Shown here: positions 7,503-10,011 of the stretch, piece by piece
How positions within the stretch are numbered: the stretch's first letter is position 1
Layout of the letters: each line of letters opens with the position of its first letter
From: Paraspadella gotoi
Lineage: Eukaryota > Animalia > Chaetognatha
DNA: 10,011 nt
Direction: 5' to 3'
NCBI GenBank assembly: GCA_051294375.1
Contig: JBJCIZ010000554.1
Span: 9,869 to 19,879, forward strand
Translations under genes and position numbers: made by a program
The notes under the pieces: model-generated
Told to the model about the DNA's origin: nothing
The model's input: only the letters and a program-made list of their open reading frames with translations
Database searches by the model: none

Positions 7503-8600
7503 TTTTTAAATCGAGACAGACCGGGCGAAGCCGGTCCTTGTCTCTATAATAATTCGCTTTCGCTTTCTTTGTGCCGTGGTCGTCGTCGTCTTCTTGACTT
7601 GACTTGAAAGGCATTCGTCGTCGTCGGTCGTCGTCGTCATCTGCGTCACGCTTTTTTGCAATCATGGCTTGTAAAAGTATGATCTCATAGGGAGTCAAAA
7701 AATTTATTATTGGCTTCTAATCATCAAGTCTTTAAAATTCTCATGTTTCATATCAATATTCCTATTTGTTTATGTTTTATTTACAAAACAAAAACCTTTA
7801 ATATGTCTCTTTCCTCTCTCTTTCTTTATTATATGTGCGCTCTTCTCTCTCTCTTTTTCTCAGTCACTGCTTCTTCTGATTTGTCTAAAAACGAGTTTCT
7901 GGCTCTGCAAGCGTCGTGCACTGGTCGTTTACGTTCTTTCTCTCTCTCTCTTTTTTTTTTTTTTTTAAAAAAAAAATTTATAAATATATTGTAGGCTCAT
8001 CAATATTGAAGCGACGCCGTCAGCAGTTCACCATCCGTTCTCCCTTTTTTTCTTTTTATTCCACTTCTCATTGTATGAATCACCACGACGCGACCCGAGT
8101 CCTTCAATATTGGGGGAGGAGTTCACGCTACCTCGGGCGCCATAGAGTACTTTGACTTACTATTTGGACGAGTAAAAGGGTTGTTGAGCTTCTCTCTCCT
8201 CTCTCTTATAATATGTCGCTCTCTCTCTCTCTTTTTTTCTCCGTCGCTGCTGCTTCTGATTCCAGCCGGCTGTAAGGCTTCTCTCTATCTCCTCTTTTAT
8301 TATATGTCGCTCTCTCTCTCTCTTTTTTTTCTTCTGAATAGGGTAGCCCCTCTCAATCGGTGAGTCAAAAATTTAGTATAGGAACATGCTCAAACAAAAA
8401 TTTATGCATTTTTAAGTAATACTTTTCAATGTACAAAAAAATTTTATATGGCTTCATACCCAATATTTATTTTTTAATGTTTATTTATTGAAAGGAAAAA
8501 GAGTTCGACCCTATTCAGATTCCTCGAAAAACAAATTCAGCTCTGCAGCGCGGTTCCAGTTGCTGTTCACTTCTCTCTATCTCTCTCTCTGATTATTTGT
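7503..8600 (+). mobile_element. Putative non-autonomous Helentron/HINE-like element with internal CT-rich subrepeats; 3' boundary uncertain
   Basis: T-run, then hairpin GAGACA-GACCGG-GCGAAG-CCGGTC-CT-TGTCTC (7513-7544), then (GTC)n at 7579-7637. Repeated ATATGTCGCTCTCTCTCTCTCTTTTTT-like blocks at about 7831, 8211 and 8302. Confidence 0.5.
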
Positions 8601-9118
8601 TTCCTTCTAAAAACTTTTATTATCGCCATTTTATCGCGCTTTTTTGTGGCCGTTGCGGGCCAACGAGACAATGTCTAGGAACATGACCTAATAAACGCGT
8701 TTCGAAAACGTTAACGTCCAAAAAAAAAAATCAACATGACCACTTTCACACGGCAGTAAACGTTACATGTATAAAAAAATCAAAACTTGACCTAGATCAC
8801 GCGCCGGTTGCGAGGCAACGGATAACCGATATAAACGAGAGGTGACCTAATAATGCGTCTCGTTGGCGGGAAAACTCTCTCTCTCTCTTCTCTCTTTCTC
8901 TCTCTTTTTTTTATCTTGATCAGCAGATCCCGACTCTATAATTCACTTGTCGGTCCGCCCCCCAATCTTGTCGGCATTAACTTAAATCATGTCAGAAATT
9001 GAATTATGATAAATTATGCAAAAAAACGATATCCATGCGTCCATCCGTCCGTCCCTCCTTAGCAAAAAACTCCAATTACTCGTGATTGGATGGATGGATG
9101 AGAATGAAATTTTGTGTG

Positions 9119-9224
9119 TGGGTAGGGAAGTGTGATTGAGCTGGATATGAAGTTTCGATGGAATCGTCCCAGTAGAAAAGAGTTTAAATGGAAAAAAAAG
9201 AAAAAATTAATTTCACTATTTGAA
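9119..9224 (+). repeat. ~105-bp direct repeat, copy 1 (copy 2 at 9523-9629)
   Basis: Shared TGGGTAGG.AAGTGTG, AGCTGGA, AAGTTTCGATGGAATCGT, GAGTTTAAAT and TTTCACTA.TTGAA. Confidence 0.85.
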
Positions 9225-9522
9225 CACCAATTACTCATGATTTGATGGGGCGATTAACCTGAAATTTTATCCCTAAAATCATGTCTCTGACGAAAATAAT
9301 ATTTGAGTAAAGGAAAAAGGCGTTTATTGAAAGGAGAAAAAAAGGCCAAAAATATAACAGCAAGTGGTACGTCTGACTAAGAGAGAGGGAAAAGGTGAAG
9401 TGAATATTTTCTGAAAACGAAAACTGGACCCCGAAAACCCGCGAGCTCGACGGAGAAGAGGATGAGGAAAGGGGAGGATGACGATGCCTTCGGCTGAACC
9501 CCTCCTCCTCATCGTTTATATT

Positions 9523-9629
9523 TGGGTAGGAAAGTGTGTGATTAAGCTGGAATTCAAGTTTCGATGGAATCGTTTGAGTGGAAATGAGTTTAAATAGAAA
9601 AAAACAAAAAACCTGTTTCACTAATTGAA
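9523..9629 (+). repeat. ~105-bp direct repeat, copy 2
   Basis: Aligns colinearly with 9119-9224. Confidence 0.85.
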
Positions 9630-9672
9630 TATGCTTTTTTTTCTTTTTATATTAAATGTAAATGCAAGATGT

Positions 9673-9815
9673 ATTAATTAATCAAATAATTAATCAGTTA
9701 CTTAATCAATTAGTCAATTAATTAATCAATAATTAATAAATCAGTAAATCAATCAAAACAAACATTTCGGTTCAAATATTAATCAAATTAATTAATCAAA
9801 TTAATTAATTAATTA
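9673..9815. repeat. AT-rich degenerate TTAATCAA/TTAA simple repeat
   Basis: Many TTAATCA(A) and TTAA units. Confidence 0.75.
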
Positions 9816-9906
9816 CCGACAATGATCGTGGACAGATCCGACATTGGTTGCTCAAATTTGTTTTTTTACAAAAAAAAATTTTTATTCACTTTTTTATTTG
9901 CTTTTC

Positions 9907-10011
9907 TTGTATGAATCAGCAGGGCGCGAACCCGAGTCCTTTGGCGCTTCCGGACGAGTAAAGGGGCTGTTCAGCTTCTCTCTCTCTCTCTTTTAATTAT
10001 GTGTCGCTCTC
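9907..10011 (+). repeat. Internally deleted copy of 8071-8225
   Basis: Shared TTGTATGAATCA, ACCCGAGTCCTT, GGACGAGTAAA.GGG.TGTT.AGCTTCTCTCTC and TGTCGCTCTC. Confidence 0.8.

Noticed and set aside
9461-9513. Structured ncRNA or miRNA precursor
   Set aside because: The stem is made of low-complexity purine/pyrimidine tracts within a repeat, with no family hallmarks.

Overview
AT-rich, intron-containing eukaryotic (probably invertebrate metazoan) genomic DNA with a 754-N assembly gap at 2775-3528. The only supported protein-coding gene is a + strand GT10-family alpha-1,3-fucosyltransferase, CDS join(1905..2331,4100..4914), 413 aa, a type II membrane protein. It has unusual substitutions in conserved motifs (FENH...YITDK instead of FENS...YITEK; IFSTR instead of the HH[R/W] motif). 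Its intron holds a TA-flanked element with long (>=211 bp) terminal inverted repeats spanning the gap. Downstream (5253-6870) is a composite repeat: a duplicated head module, a cluster of TGGCGA/TCGCCA hairpins, a ~137-bp higher-order satellite built from telomere-type CCCTAA doublets, and a ~20-bp inverted repeat pair bounding 5834-6870. The rest is mostly fragments of non-autonomous hairpin+(GTC)n elements resembling Helentron/HINE, short dispersed duplications and microsatellites. No RNA genes, CRISPR arrays or transposase ORFs can be supported.
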